Below, piece by piece: positions 1 through 11,834 of a stretch of 64,000 bases of DNA. Position 1 is the stretch's first letter. Each line of letters opens with the position of its first letter. The translations under genes were made by a program, and so were the position numbers. The notes under the pieces are model-generated. The model was not told the origin of the DNA, did no database searches, and worked only from the letters and a program-made list of their open reading frames with translations. The stretch spans positions 150,474,001-150,538,000 of the forward strand of contig OX597817.1 in NCBI GenBank assembly GCA_951406725.2, written 5' to 3'. The DNA comes from Octopus vulgaris. Lineage: Eukaryota.

Positions 1-918
1 GACAGTTTCAATATATCTAATTCCAGTTTTGCTAGAAAACTTTACTGAAGATGCCAAGCAGCAGGAACAGACCTGGAGATGAAATGGCTTTGGAGTAAAC
101 TTATTAACCATGCAGTAATGCCTTCAGTGTTTCTATATACAGCTCAGTAAGTAAACAACTATCCCTGCATCGTTAATAACAAAATGTGACCTGCTGAGGT
201 GTTGGTTGGGTCACTGGCCATCTGGAGGGATGTGATACTAGAGATTATCAACTAATTCATCATACCAACATCATGTGTAAGATTATTGAAGCCACTGTGA
301 GGAAAAGATTATCAGACATATGAAGAAACTGAATCAGTTAAGTACAGGGGTGTGAGTTCACAGTCAATAGAACATTGGACAGAATTTCTAATGTTCTATC
401 GACTGATATTTGTGGTATTTATTTCAGCTCTTTATATTCTGAATTCAGTCCCCACCAAGGTCAACTTTGCTTTTCATCCTTTTATGATCAATAAACAAAA
501 TTCCAAGACAGTATTGGAGTCAATTCTTTCTCTCCCTCTTTTCCCTGTTTCTCACTTTTTCTCATTTTTTTTCCGTCTTTCTCACTTTATTCTCTGTCTA
601 TCTTTTCCCCTCTCAGTCACTGGATGAAATTAACTGTGTTCCAACTTGGAAAGAGATGGGCTTCTCTAGTTTTAAAAGTGCCCAACGATACTCTCCCATG
701 ACTCCTTCAGATGGCTAGCCTACACCCATCCCCAATCTGTTTCATGACAAACAATTTCATTTCATGCTTGGTAGATTGACTGTGATATAACTGGTTAAGC
801 ACAGGAAGCAACTGAATAAACCGAGGTGCTACAATATTATTGGAAGTATTCTGCATTAACTAAAAGGGTTGTTGTTGACGAGGAAACATTTATGTGACAG
901 CAGGTAGTGAGAAGCTAA

Positions 919-1150
919 GGCGGTGATCTGGCAGAAACGTTAGCATGCCAGGCAAAAATGCTTGACAGTATTTCATCTGTGTGAACGTTCTGGGTTCAAA
1001 TTCTGCCGAGGTCGACTTTGCCTTTCATCCTTTCGGGGTCGATTAAATAAGTACCAATTATGCACTGGGGTCAATATAATCGACTTAATCCGTTTGTCTG
1101 TCCTTGTTTATCCTCTCGGTGTTTAGCCCCTTGTGGATAGTAAAGAAATA
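919..1150 (+). mobile_element. tRNA-derived SINE, family C (Nin/Deu-domain-like core)
   Basis: Box A TGGCAGAAACG, box B GGTTCAAATT, core GCCTTTCATCCTTTCGGGGTCGAT; flanking direct repeat AGGTAGTGAGA. Other copies near 8860-9040(-), 21015-21180(+), 28698-28910(+), 40410-40625(-), 52340-52515(-), 56455-56672(+), 56810-56998(-). Confidence 0.85.
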
Positions 1151-1254
1151 GGTAGTGAGAGGCATATCATAAGGATTTGTGCTTGGTCATTTGTTGCTTG
1201 ATGTATATACTAATGACCAGTTCAAATGACTGATAACAGTGATATATTCCTCTA

Positions 1255-1500
1255 TACATGACACTTTGAGCAAGTGTCTTCTACCATAGCTTCAAGCTGA
1301 CAAAATCCTTGTGAGCAGATTTGGTAGACAGAAACTGAAAGAAGCCTGTTGCATATATATGTTTGTGTGTGTGAGTGGACATCACATGATTGTTGTAAAT
1401 GAATGTCCTCCACTTCTAATATTCTGTGCAAACATGTCTGACCATGGGGAAATATTACTTTGCTTGGAAACAGGTGAGGGTTGGCAATGGAAAGAGTAAG
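1255..1500 (+). mobile_element. SINE family A variant (alternative 3' half), 5'-truncated
   Basis: Shares AAGTGTCTTCTAC..GTGAG..GGAAACTGAAAGAAGCC with family A; the same 3' half occurs at ~17260-17600 and ~60020-60400. Confidence 0.7.
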
Positions 1501-1804
1501 CAGCCACATACAATCTACCAAGTGGTGAATAACTGGAATGGCCACCAAGAAAGTACAGCAAATTCAAAATTAGACGAAGGGTTTGAAATACAATTGCAAC
1601 AAACCTGAAAGAAAAGAAAAAAAAAAAGGAAAGAGCATAACTATTGTGACTATGGTACTTTTTAGTTATAATCACCCCATTAAAAAATTGGGTTATCTCC
1701 CCTAACTAAAAGATTGATTAACGCTCAATAAAGCAAAAATTAATAAACATGAAAAGTGAAAAGATTAAGCATCTTATTGAATCTGATAATATTTTTATAA
1801 AAAA

Positions 1805-2301
1805 CTAGCTGTATCGCCCGGCGTTGCTCGGGTTTGTAAGGGAAATAACTATATAAGCATTTTTAGAGAGTTACTTCCCTTATAAATTCGGGCTTTCTTA
1901 GCCATTTTTGTTTTGGTGTCTTCAAGCCATGAAGTCGTTGTTCTAAAAGAACGCTGGTTTCCTTCACAACGCTTTACGACGTTGATTTCTTTACACTCCC
2001 TTCCCCACAGCTTCACGAGGGAGGGAAGGGGAAGAAGCAAACAGGTGCAGCTGTGAGCGTGGACGCCAACTCCGCCGCCATCGACACACGATGCATTAAA
2101 ATGGAATAAAAAATGATGTTAAATTATTTTTAAAATCGTAGACTCATCGTTGACGCGCGCTAATAGTCAGACGGGCTCGATATGAATCACGACTATAAGA
2201 TACCCGAATTTGGTTAAACTGCACCGCAAAATGTGGGAGGAGTTAGGAATCTAAATCGAAGGGGACAGACACTCACACAACTAGAGTTTTATATATATAG
2301 A
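1805..2301 (-). mobile_element. Non-autonomous Helitron
   Basis: On the - strand it begins TC(TATATATATAAAA) and ends with hairpin CCCGAGCAACGCCGGG followed by CTAG; inserted between A and T with no TSD. Confidence 0.75.
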
Positions 2302-2365
2302 TAATACAAAACTGAAAAAAATTAATAAACATGAAAACGGAAAAAAATAAACATCTTGCTGAATC

Positions 2366-2596
2366 TCTCTTTTACTTGTTTCAGTCATTTGACAGTGGCC
2401 ATGCTGGACCACCGCCTATTCAGTCGAGCAAATCGACCCCAGGACTTATTCTTTGTAAGCCTAGTACTTATTCTATCGGTCTCTTTTGCTGAACTACTAA
2501 GTTACGGGGACATAAACACAATAAACACACCAGCATCGGTTGTCAAGCGGTGGTGTGGGGACAAACACAGACATATACACACACATACATACATAG

Positions 2597-2631
<35 letters not shown>

Positions 2632-2802
2632 CATATATACGATGGGCTTCTTTTGGTTTCTGTCTACCAAATCCACTCATAAGGCTTTGGTCGGCCCGAG
2701 GCTATAGTAGAAGACACTTGCCCAAGGTACCACACAATGGAACTGAACCTGGAACCATGTGGTTTATAAGCAAGCTACTTACCACACAGTCACTCCTATG
2801 CC
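2366..2802 (-). mobile_element. tRNA-derived SINE, family A (CORE-like), full length
   Basis: Box A TG(G/A)CTGTGTGG, box B GGTTCAGT(T/C)CC, CORE-like ACCTTGGGCAAGTG, internal (TA)n/(CA)n; at least 10 copies in the window. Confidence 0.85.
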
Positions 2803-3069
2803 TAATAACGTTTCTATAACAAATCATACCCTGCCTATTGAGGCGGCGAAACATCAATAATGTATTGAAGTATTGAATCAAAAGGATCTAACACTTTTAA
2901 TTCAATCTTTTGTTGCCACATAAACTCAACTTTTTAGTGGGGAGATAACAATTTTTTAATGGGAGTGAGATATCTGAAAAGTACCGTGACCACTACCAAA
3001 TAAGACCAAATGAAAAAGAACTGGCGCCACAAGTGCATCTGTGAATGAACAAACCTGAAAGAACAAAAA

Positions 3070-5215
3070 TTCATAACTGCTGTGACCACCACCAAATAAA
3101 TGCCCTATTCCACAAGTTCCATCCACTGTCAATGATCAGCACTTCTTTATGCAACTGTCCACATCCATATGCATCATATGACTGAATCAACTCTTGCACA
3201 CTGCATCTAATGCCTCTTATGCCTAACTTTTCTCTCAGTACATTAGCATTCATCACACATGTACACAGATATTGTGGAGGTACATAGCCTAATGGTTAGA
3301 GCAGTGGACTCGTAGTCAAGGGATCGCAGGTTCGAATCTCAAACCGGGCGATGTGTGTGTTTATGAGCGAAACACCTAAGCTCCACACGGCTCTGGCAGA
3401 AGATAATGGCGAACTTCTGCTGATTCTTTCGCCACAACTTTCTCTCACTCTTTCCTCCTGCATCTTGCAGCTCACCTGTGATGGACTGGCATCTTATCCA
3501 GTTGGGGAATCGGAATATATGCCAAGGAAACCGGCCCTTATGAGCCAGGCGTGGCTCAAGAAGGAACAAACAACAACATGTACACAGATATTGCATATAC
3601 AATGGAGCATACCAGCTTCATTTCTCTCTAGTCTTCACTTGTCCTCTGCATTCAAGACCCATGTCTAACTACCATGTAGCATTGCTGTTCATACACATAC
3701 ATGATATAATCTTCCTTTCACTTGGAGAGAAACCCTTGATTGCCATCAGACAAAAGCTCTCTGAACTTTCTCCATTGTATTCTTTTTCTAACAATTACAC
3801 TTTCAGTACATCCTCCTCCACTGCTAATTAGATCCCTTAGGTAACTGAAATTATCCACTACTTCTAGAGAGCCTCCAGGGTATTTAAGGGAATCAGTTTA
3901 TCATGTATCTGTAGACTCTATGGCTCCTGAACATCTTTCATATATAAACGTTATTTTGTTCACTTTTCTTATTATTCCACTGCACCTTTTGTGTACCCAT
4001 AGCTTGCACAGGGTACACCAAATGGAATTCCTGCCTCCACCTTTCCTATGTATCAAACAAGGCCATTTACCTGAAGTGGGTGGGGTACTGTCTGATTTCA
4101 TGCTTACTAGAACCTTGGCTTATGCTAAGTTAACTTTAAGGCCCTTTGATTCCAGATTTTATTTAACTGCTGGAATTTCTTTTCTAGTTCTGTTACAGAT
4201 TCTGCTTTGAGAGCAAGATCATCAGCATACAGTAGTTCCCATGGGTACTTACTATGGGACCTAGTCTTGCGAATACCTAGCTGTACACTAAATTTGTCAT
4301 TGTGCTCATGGCTAATGCTTACCTTACTAACAACATATGGCCTGTATGGCTTTCACAAGCCAGTTACCTACTGCTAGCTTCCTCAGAAACCACCACATCA
4401 CACAGCAAGGCACTCTGCCACAGGCTTTCTCTAGATCAACAAATGCCATATAAAACAGCTTAATCTTAGCTAAATACTTCTCTTACAATTGCTAGACTAA
4501 GAAAATAGCATGCTTCTCCCCATCAAAAAGTCAAACTGCATTTTATCTAGTCTAATTCTGTTCCTAATTAACTGGGCTATAACTCTCTCCATAACTCCAG
4601 CATTTTGGTGCCTATATAATTATTTCAATCTAAGACATCTCCCTTACCATTGTAGCAGCTGACTATGATTCTGCCACATCAGCCACTGTAGATTATACCT
4701 TCCTGGATAACCTGATTAACTCTATTCAGGCGACTAGACCATATCTTACTCTACTAGATATTTTAAGCATCTCAGCAGTGATTCCTGATAGACCAGTAAT
4801 TTTCCCTGTCTTCATGTCTTTAATTGCTTTATGTATCATACTGCTGTCAACTAGAATAGCTGATCCCTCTGTTGGGTTCGCATAGGGAAGACTCCCTTTC
4901 TCCCATTTATTCTCCACTTTTAACAGCCTTTCATAGAAGCTCTTCCATGCCTCTTTCTTTTCAGACTTGCTAAGTGCAACTACACCATTATTCATCGGTA
5001 CACACTTCTCTCCACATCTTGACTCTCTCTGACACTTCAAGCCTCTGATCTTCATGCTGTAAAACATTGGCAAATTTCTTCCTTTCTGCTTCTGCTCTAA
5101 CTAGATAAACCTGACACCTAACTTCCCTTTTAGCTACCTAATATGGTTCTCTGCTACCCCTGCTTTTCCACTCTTTTCAAACCCGTCTCTTTTCTTTTAT
5201 GGCCCTGTCAACTTC
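3070..5215 (-). mobile_element. Decayed RTE-clade LINE (RT and C-terminal region), interrupted by a SINE
   Basis: - strand PWELLYADDLAL near 4210-4243; WPC..GRNSIWCTLCKLWVHKRCSGI; LREKLGIRGIRCSVQE; homologous to 18310-19890. Confidence 0.85.
3275..3575 (+). mobile_element. tRNA-derived SINE, family D (V/Meta-domain-like), nested in the LINE
   Basis: Box A/B (TAGCCTAATGG, GGTTCGAATC); CCTGTGATGGACTGGCATC domain; (CAA)n tail; perfect 18-bp TSD ACATGTACACAGATATTG at 3257-3274 and 3576-3593; truncated copy at ~37172-37310. Confidence 0.88.
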
Positions 5216-5426
5216 AAATTTGAAAAATAATAAACAAATGTTGCAGAGGAAGAATAGAGCTACAGAAAAAAAAAAATCATAAACCATATGATAGAAATGT
5301 TTTAATTCAAATAACTTTGGAAAGGATTGAATTAAATGAAAAAAATTATCTAACAACCCAATACACCATGTAGAAATATGATAACGGTTAAAAGTTTTGT
5401 CTGGGAGTCTCTGTATTTTGTGAGAC

Positions 5427-5884
5427 TGTAGCGGACTCTCTCTCTTTTCCCTCTGGCACTCATACTCATTTATCCTTTTATGTATTTATTGTAATCGACC
5501 GTGCGATGTATTAAAGGAGCCATTCATCGTCACCTCTCCTTTGCACAGTTGTTCTACAAATGGTGACAGCCCGATGTGATTTCGAACACATAGCCAGCCC
5601 TATGTTTACACAGACGTCTACAAATTGGTGACCCAGTGCCAGCTTCCTTTCACTTTAATGACCAACCACTCTTTCTGATTTCACCTCGTCGCTACAGATA
5701 CGTCATCCTTTATCGTCTCTTTTGTCTTCCACAAAATGACTGGTGGTGGTGGTGGTGGTGGGGGGCTATCTGTAGCAGACTCTCTCTCTCTTTTCCCTCT
5801 GGCACTCATACTGATTTATCCTTTTTCGTATTTATTGTAATCGACCATGAGATATATTAAAGGAGTCATTCATCGTCACCTCTC
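5427..5884 (+). mobile_element. Miniature LTR element (TRIM-like): 132-bp LTR, tRNA-Trp PBS, purine tract, truncated 3' LTR
   Basis: LTR1 5427-5558 (TGTAG..CTACA); PBS TGGTGAC.. at 5561; G-rich tract before LTR2, which starts TGTAG at 5771; no coding capacity. Confidence 0.75.
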
Positions 5885-6324
5885 AGCATCTAGAAAGTCC
5901 CTCTCCAAGGTAGAAACCTTTGTAGAAGAAAGGCAACAGTGTCATTATAGGTGTTACCATCAGAAAGAAAAGAATTGAAACATGTACCACAAGGCATCCT
6001 GTATGATACTCTAACAATTCTGTTGAGTAACATTGGGCTGTACAGGTAAAGTAGTAAGCTCAGACTTCCATTTAGCACTATCAGGGAAGAATTCAAAGTA
6101 ATTAATAAATTAAAGGACACCAAAGCAGCTGTGAAAGGTCACTTTGAGGATGGGGAAGAGATGGAGAGCAGCCATAGCAGAGGCACAACTAAAATACAAG
6201 GCCCTTTTTGCAAAATATGGCATGGAGAAGGGCTAGACTCAGGAGTTAAACATCAACCTGATATAACTCATCCAGAACAGTGTGAGAATAAGGTATTTGG
6301 GTAAGTGGATTTGTCAGAAGTAAA

Positions 6325-6657
6325 GGCGCATGGCTCAGTGGCTAGAGCGTTGGCTCACAATGATGAGGGAGTGAGTTTGATTCCCAGACCAGGCTGTGTG
6401 TTGTGTTCTTGAGCAAGATACTTTATTTCACATTGCTCCAGTTCACTCAGCTGTAAGAATGAGTTGCAACGTCACTGGTGCCAAGCTGTATTGGCTCCTT
6501 TGCCTTTCCCTTGGACAACATCAGTGGCATGGAGAGAGGAGGCTGGTATGCATGGGCAACTGCTGGTCTTCCATAAACACCTTGCCTGGACTTGTAACTC
6601 AGAGAGGAACTTTCTAGGAGCAATACCATGGTCATTCATGACCAAAGAGGGTCTTTA
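6325..6657 (+). mobile_element. tRNA-derived CORE-like SINE, family E
   Basis: TGGCTCAGTGG box A, GAGTTTGATTCCC box B, GTGTTCTTGAGCAAGA core; related copies at ~21650-21905(+) and ~29650-29875(-). Confidence 0.75.
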
Positions 6658-7004
6658 CTCTTTACCTTTATCCTATTGGTCAGTAATTAATAGGAAGTTT
6701 GTGAAATCTTTTTATGTTGATAACCAACTAAAAGCTAAAATCTGTGGATGACACTGTTTGTTGAAATATTGCAAAAGAATTTGAAGACATTATGAAAAAA
6801 ACGCAGGTTTGAAATACTCTAAAGAACTGTATTCTTGAATTTACTGATGAGAAAAAAATTTGGTCTGATGACTGCAAATAAGAAAGCTAACTGAATTCTT
6901 CCAGTAATGATTTTACATTTGGTTGCAAAATTAAAAATTGTAAGGGAGATAATCATCATTCGAATCTGGTACTTGGTATTGAATGAGTGATAAAAATAAT
7001 CATC

Positions 7005-7895
7005 CTTTAATGTCCATTTTCTTCGCTGGCATTGGCTGGATGGTTTGACAGGAGCTGCTCAGCCAGGGAGCTGTCCAGACTCAAAAATGTCTGTTGTGGA
7101 ACGGTTTCTGCAGCTGGATGCCCTTCCTAATGCCAACCTCTTTATAGTGTGTTTTTCATGTATCACAGGCACAAGTGCATTTACACAGCAACAGCATGAG
7201 TGCATTTGACATGGCACCAGCACTTGTAAAGGACAAGCCTGTATATATGGATGACTGCAATTTTACTTAGCTTGATGTGTCTTTTCCATTACAGCAAATC
7301 ACCACAACTCCCAGTCTGTTGTCATTTCCTCAGTGAGGTCCAGTATCTGAAGATCCTTTATCACCACTTCGTCTCACGTCTTCCTGGGTCAACCACTTCC
7401 ACGGGTTTCCTCCACAATTAGAGCTTGGCACTTCTTTATGCAGCTGTCCTCATCCATATGCATCATGTGACCAAACCAGCACAGTCATCTCTCCTGTACA
7501 CAACATCTGATGCCTCTTAGACCCAGTTTTCCTCTTACATTACTTACATTCTATCATGGGTATACACTGACATTACCCATCCAGTGGGGTATGATAACTT
7601 CATTTCTTTCAAGCTTTCACAAGTCCTCTGTAGTCAAAGGTCCATGTTTCACTGCCATGAGCATTACTGTCCATACACAAGCATTATATAATCTGCCTTT
7701 CACTCTGAGAGAGAGGCCCTTAGTTACGATGAAAGGTAGAAGCTCTCTGGACTTCAACCAGTCCATCCTTATTCTAACAATTACACATTCAGAACTTCCT
7801 CTTCCACTGCTAACTTGGTCGCCTAGGTAACAGAAACTATCCACTACTTCTAATGATCCCCCTGAGCATTTGAGGAAGTATTGTCTGCACATTTT
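7005..7895 (-). mobile_element. RTE LINE 3' fragment
   Basis: LEVVDSFCYLGD..KGLSLRVKGRLYNACV plus the family-B 3' UTR. Confidence 0.85.
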
Positions 7896-8064
7896 TAGTG
7901 CTTATTGTACTCACACATTTCAGGATTTGAATGCAGAGTACAAAAGACTGAAACTAAATCCTTTAAAATACTTTTAAAGGACACAGATACTCTTTTCTTC
8001 CACCTCAATACCTCTATTCTTAGAACAATAAACAGATCAATGCCCAACCACCTTCTAATACTCT

Positions 8065-8329
8065 ACTGGCACCCGTGCCGGTGGTATGTGTAAAAAGATT
8101 CGAGCGAGGTCATTGCCAGTACTGCCTGACTGGCTCCCGTGCTGGTGGCACATAAAAAGCACACTACAGAGTGGTTGCGTTAGGAAGGGCATCCAGCTGT
8201 AGAAACTCTGCCAGATCAAGATTGGAGCCTGGTGCGGCCGTCTGGTTCGCCAGCCCTCAGTCAAAATCGTCCAACCCATGCTAGCATGGAAAGCGGACGT
8301 TAAACGATGATGATGATGATGATGATGAT
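8065..8329 (+). mobile_element. RTE 3'-end-derived short element, family B, with (GAT)n tail
   Basis: ~60-bp subrepeats, then GGTTGGCGTTAGGAAGGGCATCCAGC..GGACGTTAAAC(GAT)n. Copies at ~15125-15368(+), 17678-17982(-), 26478-26725(+), 26925-27210(+), 39408-39720(+), 46078-46320(-), 48862-49230(-), 49658-50045(-), 55674-56012(-), 63755-64000(+). Confidence 0.85.
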
Positions 8330-9871
8330 TACATTTTTAAATGGCTAAGTCAGAGGAGACAGAACAGTACCCCTGACTATTTTTCAGGCCTCCAAGACCG
8401 GTGGTTAGAAAATATTTTTTAGACCTGACTCAAATGCTTACAAGAAAGTGGTCTCTGCTAAAGGTACCCAAGTAATGATGTTAAGCTGGCTGTTAGTGTA
8501 AGTCAAGAATATATATAGTTTGATAATCTTCCACCCAGCTTCTGTCTACCCAGTTCCATTCACAATGCTTCAGTAGTAGACATTTCTCCTAAGGTGTCAT
8601 GTGGTGGGATGAAACTTGGATGCATGTAATTGTGAAAGAAAGTTCTTTCCGAGGCGAGATATAAAATACATCCGTTAAGTAAGGAATTCTTACAAGATCC
8701 TAAACTACACACTTGTACGGTCGAGCACGTAATCCATCATATTAATCTTAGCATATAGTTCCTATAAATTCTATCACCCCAAGGAGAATGAAAAAGAAAA
8801 TTTACGTTGCAAAGCTTTAATTCAACTGTTAATTATGCCACGTCACCAAAATTCTTCTTACATAAGCACAAAGCATCCCATTTGGAGGTTTGTCGATTAT
8901 ATCAACCCCAGTATTCAACAAATACTTATTTTATTGACCCTCAGAAGTACGAAAGGCAAAGCAGACCGGCGGGATCTGAACGAAGAACGTAAAGAGCTAG
9001 AACAAATAATGCGAGGCAGTTTTTGCGACACTCTAACAACTCAATCGATCCACGGGTCATCAAGAAAAAATATTATTTCTAACATTGAAATAAAGCCAGA
9101 GATTAGGAGGAAAGGCACGGTATTTATGTGGTACTCCTTTTATCTACTCTGGACGAATGAAACAAAATTAATCCTGTTATTATTGGAATTCAGAACGTAA
9201 ATACTTGAAACTTGTCCCGCCACTCTGTATATTTTCCATTATGCTCTAGAAGTTTTAAAAGTTTATTAATGAAACATTTAATAAACGGAGGGTGACAGAA
9301 TTAATAAAGTACATTAAATGCGACATTTATTTACGTTCGAAGTTAAAATTTCACTGGAGAGTCGACTTGGTTTTTATTCCACCGAGGTAGATTCATAGAA
9401 AAAGTTATCGCTCTACAAATAAGGGCCTTTTTATCGATTACACCAACATTTGCATATATCCGTAGTCTGTGCCAAAGTCATACGAGACAGTTGTGAAAAT
9501 ATTTAGTTAAAAAGAAATATTGATACTGTATTTATTTATACAATAAATAATATAAGTAGATTTTACGTTTTCTGAAGAACAAATAAAAATAAAAATAAAA
9601 TTCGGGAAAAATATCTTGTTATCAAAACATATTTAGCCGCCTAATCTGAAACCTCTGTTTCATTGGTTGGAAATTTAAACAACAAAAACTAATACTACTT
9701 GTTTATTAGGTATTTTTTTTTACGAATTAGGGATTATTTTACCTTTTTACAAGATAGGAACAAAATATTTCACTTATGTACATTTTTAAATGACAAAAAT
9801 TAAAAGGAGAAACAAAAAGCAACTGATGAAATGTTTTGTTGTATCGGAGTTTAACGAAAGCCGAATCGCTA

Positions 9872-10203
9872 GGAAATAATCTGATTGGTCAGTTGTCTGG
9901 CATGGAAAGTAATCTGATTGGTCAGTTGTGAAAAGTCGACAAATTTGAAAATAAAAATCGTTCATCATAAACGCTATCTACACATGTAAAATTAAAGTAC
10001 CGTTCATAAGTGAAATCTTGAAAATCTTTGAGTTTTGAGGCAAAAGAAATAATTGAATTTGTTTACTGGATCATCTTGTTTCTATATTTGAACTTTACTT
10101 TTTCTCAATCCTATTTCAAATACCTAAACTAAAAAATTTTTTTGGCGCAAATCTATTGACAGTACTCGCCGACTTGTTTGTTAAAAATCGACAAAAAGTA
10201 AGT
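9872..10203 (+). promoter_or_regulatory. Cell-cycle promoter and probable non-coding exon 1 of the Emi gene
   Basis: Two CTGATTGG boxes (ATTGG at 9884 and 9917, 33 bp apart); CHR TTTGAA 9944-9949; E2F-like TTTTGGCGC 10140-10148; splice donor aaa|gtaagt at 10198. Confidence 0.65.
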
Positions 10204-10784
10204 ATTTATATTTTATATTTTCGTTTTAATAATAGCAATAATTGGAATTCTGTTTCATTATTACAAAAAACATGTGTTTATTTTATTGCAAAGATAAAAC
10301 ATGCTAAATCATTTTTTTCGTTTCCAATAAACGTTGTGCACCCCCCTCTTCTCTCCATTACTCAATTTCCTACAAAACCCTAAAATATTTCCCTCTAATT
10401 AAAAATCGAATTATTTTAACAGATATCCATTCGATTTACTTATTGGTCTCTTTTTATATCATCCCAATAGCATACTGTTTACTTCTATATATGTCGCTAG
10501 TTAAATTAGCCTTGTATTTAGACACTACCAGATAAAATGGAATGATGAAGCTGTGATGTAAAGTTTGTCGAAAGATGGATTAAATTTGAGAAACTAATAT
10601 ATCGTATTAAGATGCTGTCAACAATTTATTTGAAGTTTACTTACTTCAATTAGAAATGTTTAATAGTTTGAACGTTCCCGCCTGATTGTTTGCAAGGCGC
10701 ATTTTGGAATTTTTAAATTAAATATTCTATGCAAAGAACTCATTAAAATACTTGACTAAGGAAATATCCACTCTACATACAAGT

Positions 10785-10790
10785 GTATAC

Positions 10791-10827
<37 letters not shown>

Positions 10828-10900
10828 CATGCATATATATATATATATATATACATGCATATATATATATATACATACATGCATACACACACGTACATAT
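10785..10900. repeat. (TA)n/(TACA) microsatellite
   Basis: Direct dinucleotide tract in intron 1 of the Emi gene. Confidence 0.9.
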
Positions 10901-11834
10901 AGCATTAATTATAATACTTAGTTCAGCTGTTTTCTGATTATAAAAAAAAATTCGATTTTAATTCGAAGTGGATACATAGTTTATTCTATACATTTTTAAA
11001 GAATTAAACAATTCAAATCATTAGTTAAGTATTTAATTACCTAATGATGAAGGCATTATTAATAAAACGAATAGTTGATGTTATCAAGCAACATTCCAAA
11101 TAAAAATCCCGCCGATTCAGCTTTGGTTTTCATCCTTTGGGTTATAATTAAGTAACCAGCAATATATTCTAAAGATCAGTTTAATTTACTTCATTCTCTT
11201 TTATCTTGTCTAGAAAACAATATCTTGTTGATTTAAAAGAAAAAAATTCAACTAGATTTTATCATGTTGATTCCGAGGTATCTCGATCAACTTCATGTCA
11301 CTTGAAATTTAAACTTCAAAGTAATAACTAATGCTCGAATGATTATTTCTAATTTGATATTAGTATTTCTGTTTAATGCCATTTAATATAATATTAAAAA
11401 TGTCTATCAAAATCATTCAACTCTGCATTTTCTGTAGCTATTGGGGGGTTTTGAAATCTACCGCCATTTTTTCCCTCCAGGTTCGCGTCACGTCGTTTCC
11501 TTCATTTGATAACTTTCTTTTCTTCAGTTCAGCAGTGTCCCTTTTTAGTTGACTTTATTCGAGCTTATATTTAATTATTATTTTTATACAACTGAAACCG
11601 AACATTACGGTTTCGATGTTTATAATGCAAATTTGAGGAAGATATAAAAGGCTGTTTTTATACATCGTGCACTGCATAGTTTTTTTTAGCCCCGCCACTT
11701 AATAATAGGCTTAAGAATTTACCAATATTTGTAAGCAGTCTTTTATTTCTGATCCTGTTATTGATTTTTGAAAATAATTACAAATATTACATCGACCATG
11801 TGTTAAAGTAGATATTTCTGTAATTTATTTTCAG

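Noticed and set aside
1500-1630. Strong - strand acceptor (T/C tract plus CAG at ~1605; similar at ~3055) as an exon of an upstream gene
   Set aside because: No recognisable protein or matching donor; both sites share the same sequence and sit at transposon edges.
2356-2819. Recurrent ORF-track peptides such as 'WASFSFCLPNPL..' and 'WLALGRASSCRN..'
   Set aside because: These are chance translations of SINE and RTE 3' UTR copies, not genes.
5890-6310. Segment truncating LTR2, possibly a coding retroelement remnant
   Set aside because: No motif I could recognise with confidence; left unannotated.
6840-6890. Two CTGATGA motifs (hammerhead or C/D snoRNA candidate)
   Set aside because: No stem II/GAAA/stem III arrangement and no terminal stem.
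9984-9989. ATG-TAA start-stop uORF in the putative Emi 5' UTR
   Set aside because: Common by chance in AT-rich DNA, and the TSS is not established.
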